Made by a program: the position numbers and the translations under genes
Origin: a virus
Lineage: Duplodnaviria; Caudoviricetes
Virus record (IMG/VR): IMGVR_UViG_2562617096_000005
Direction: 5' to 3' (one strand)
Length of the DNA stretch: 64,000 nt
Notes under the pieces: generated by a model
The model's input: the letters and a program-made list of their open reading frames with translations, nothing else
What the model was told of the DNA's origin: nothing
Database searches by the model: none
Shown: positions 63,286 to 64,000 of the stretch, piece after piece
Layout: every line of letters begins with the position of its first letter
How positions within the stretch are numbered: position 1 is the stretch's first letter

Positions 63286-63836
63286 GTGATTAAAATTTCA
63301 ATTTCAGAAAGTGATAATTTGACCGTAAATTATAATGAAAAGAATAACACATATAATATTGAGATATCCAAAGATGACAATGATTACATTAAAAGAGAAG
63401 ATATAGTTAATCTCATAGAACACTATCGGAAAGGCTGGCAAAAAATTTTCGCTGAGGAAAATTGTGCTGTCACTAGGGATGGAATGGAACGCTTTTTAAA
63501 TATTTTTACAAACAAAGTGAACACTATTGGCAGTAAAGAGGAAGTAAAGACATGAAAATATTTCTTTTTTTATTTACATGGATATTGTGTGGCATTCTAA
63601 GTTTCAGAATGATAATAAGAAAAGATGCTTTATATGACAATGAGAAAGTGTTTGACGCTTCTGATTTTGACTTCTGTTTTTTATTTTTTACCATAGGAGG
63701 CTATATAACATTTACATTGGTTTGTATTCCATGTCTTTTAGCTTTTATTAAGTACAAATTTAATACGCATGGATATCTAAGAGAGGTAAGACAAAAATTT
63801 TATAGATTTATATTAGGAAAGGATATAGTTGAATAA
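63286..63836 (+). CDS. Two hypothetical proteins (the second a membrane protein)
   Basis: ORFs 63286-63555 and 63552-63836. Confidence 0.55.
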
Positions 63837-64000
63837 TGGTTTTTATACTTCATTTATTAACTGGATTTTTAGCATACTTACTGTATATGAAAAAGCAGGT
63901 AAGTAGAACTGAAATATCAGTACACACAAATGAGCTTGTGTTTTGTCTTTTAGCAGGCTGGTTTGGATTGGGATATGTATTTGGAAAATATTACAGATAG

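Overview
AT-rich 64-kb segment of a large temperate phage or prophage of a low-GC Firmicute. The gene set resembles SPbeta-type phages; a Clostridiales/Lachnospiraceae host is my inference. Essentially all genes are on the + strand. Left to right: (1) the 3' part of a stand-alone reverse transcriptase, then a long run of small early/accessory genes including a probable DGR target gene with a variable region, HicAB, a replisome organizer with an upstream repeat field, BRO, DUF262, a tyrosine recombinase and an MrpR-like repressor; (2) NAD-dependent ligase; (3) a 1.5-kb non-coding RNA cluster with three complete tRNA genes (one atypical) and a family of tRNA-derived RNAs carrying a shared helix+ACAGCAA module, directly upstream of a DUF2828 (Ro60/TROVE-like, vWA) gene; (4) a tightly packed run from that gene through a PMCA-type P-ATPase, vWA, TerD, PspA-like and SPFH genes to RNA-repair genes (truncated RlaP, kinase/HD, RNA ligase); (5) a complete replisome with dnaE split by two group I introns, RecD2 and class II RNR; (6) four orphan DNA methyltransferases, three with structured leaders, plus dUTPase, two His-less HPr paralogs and a ThyX-like gene. 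Best candidate for an undescribed system: the tRNA-mimic/ACAGCAA RNA family plus the Ro-like DUF2828 protein and its linked RNA-repair and membrane-stress genes. All family calls come from motif recognition by eye, not database searches.
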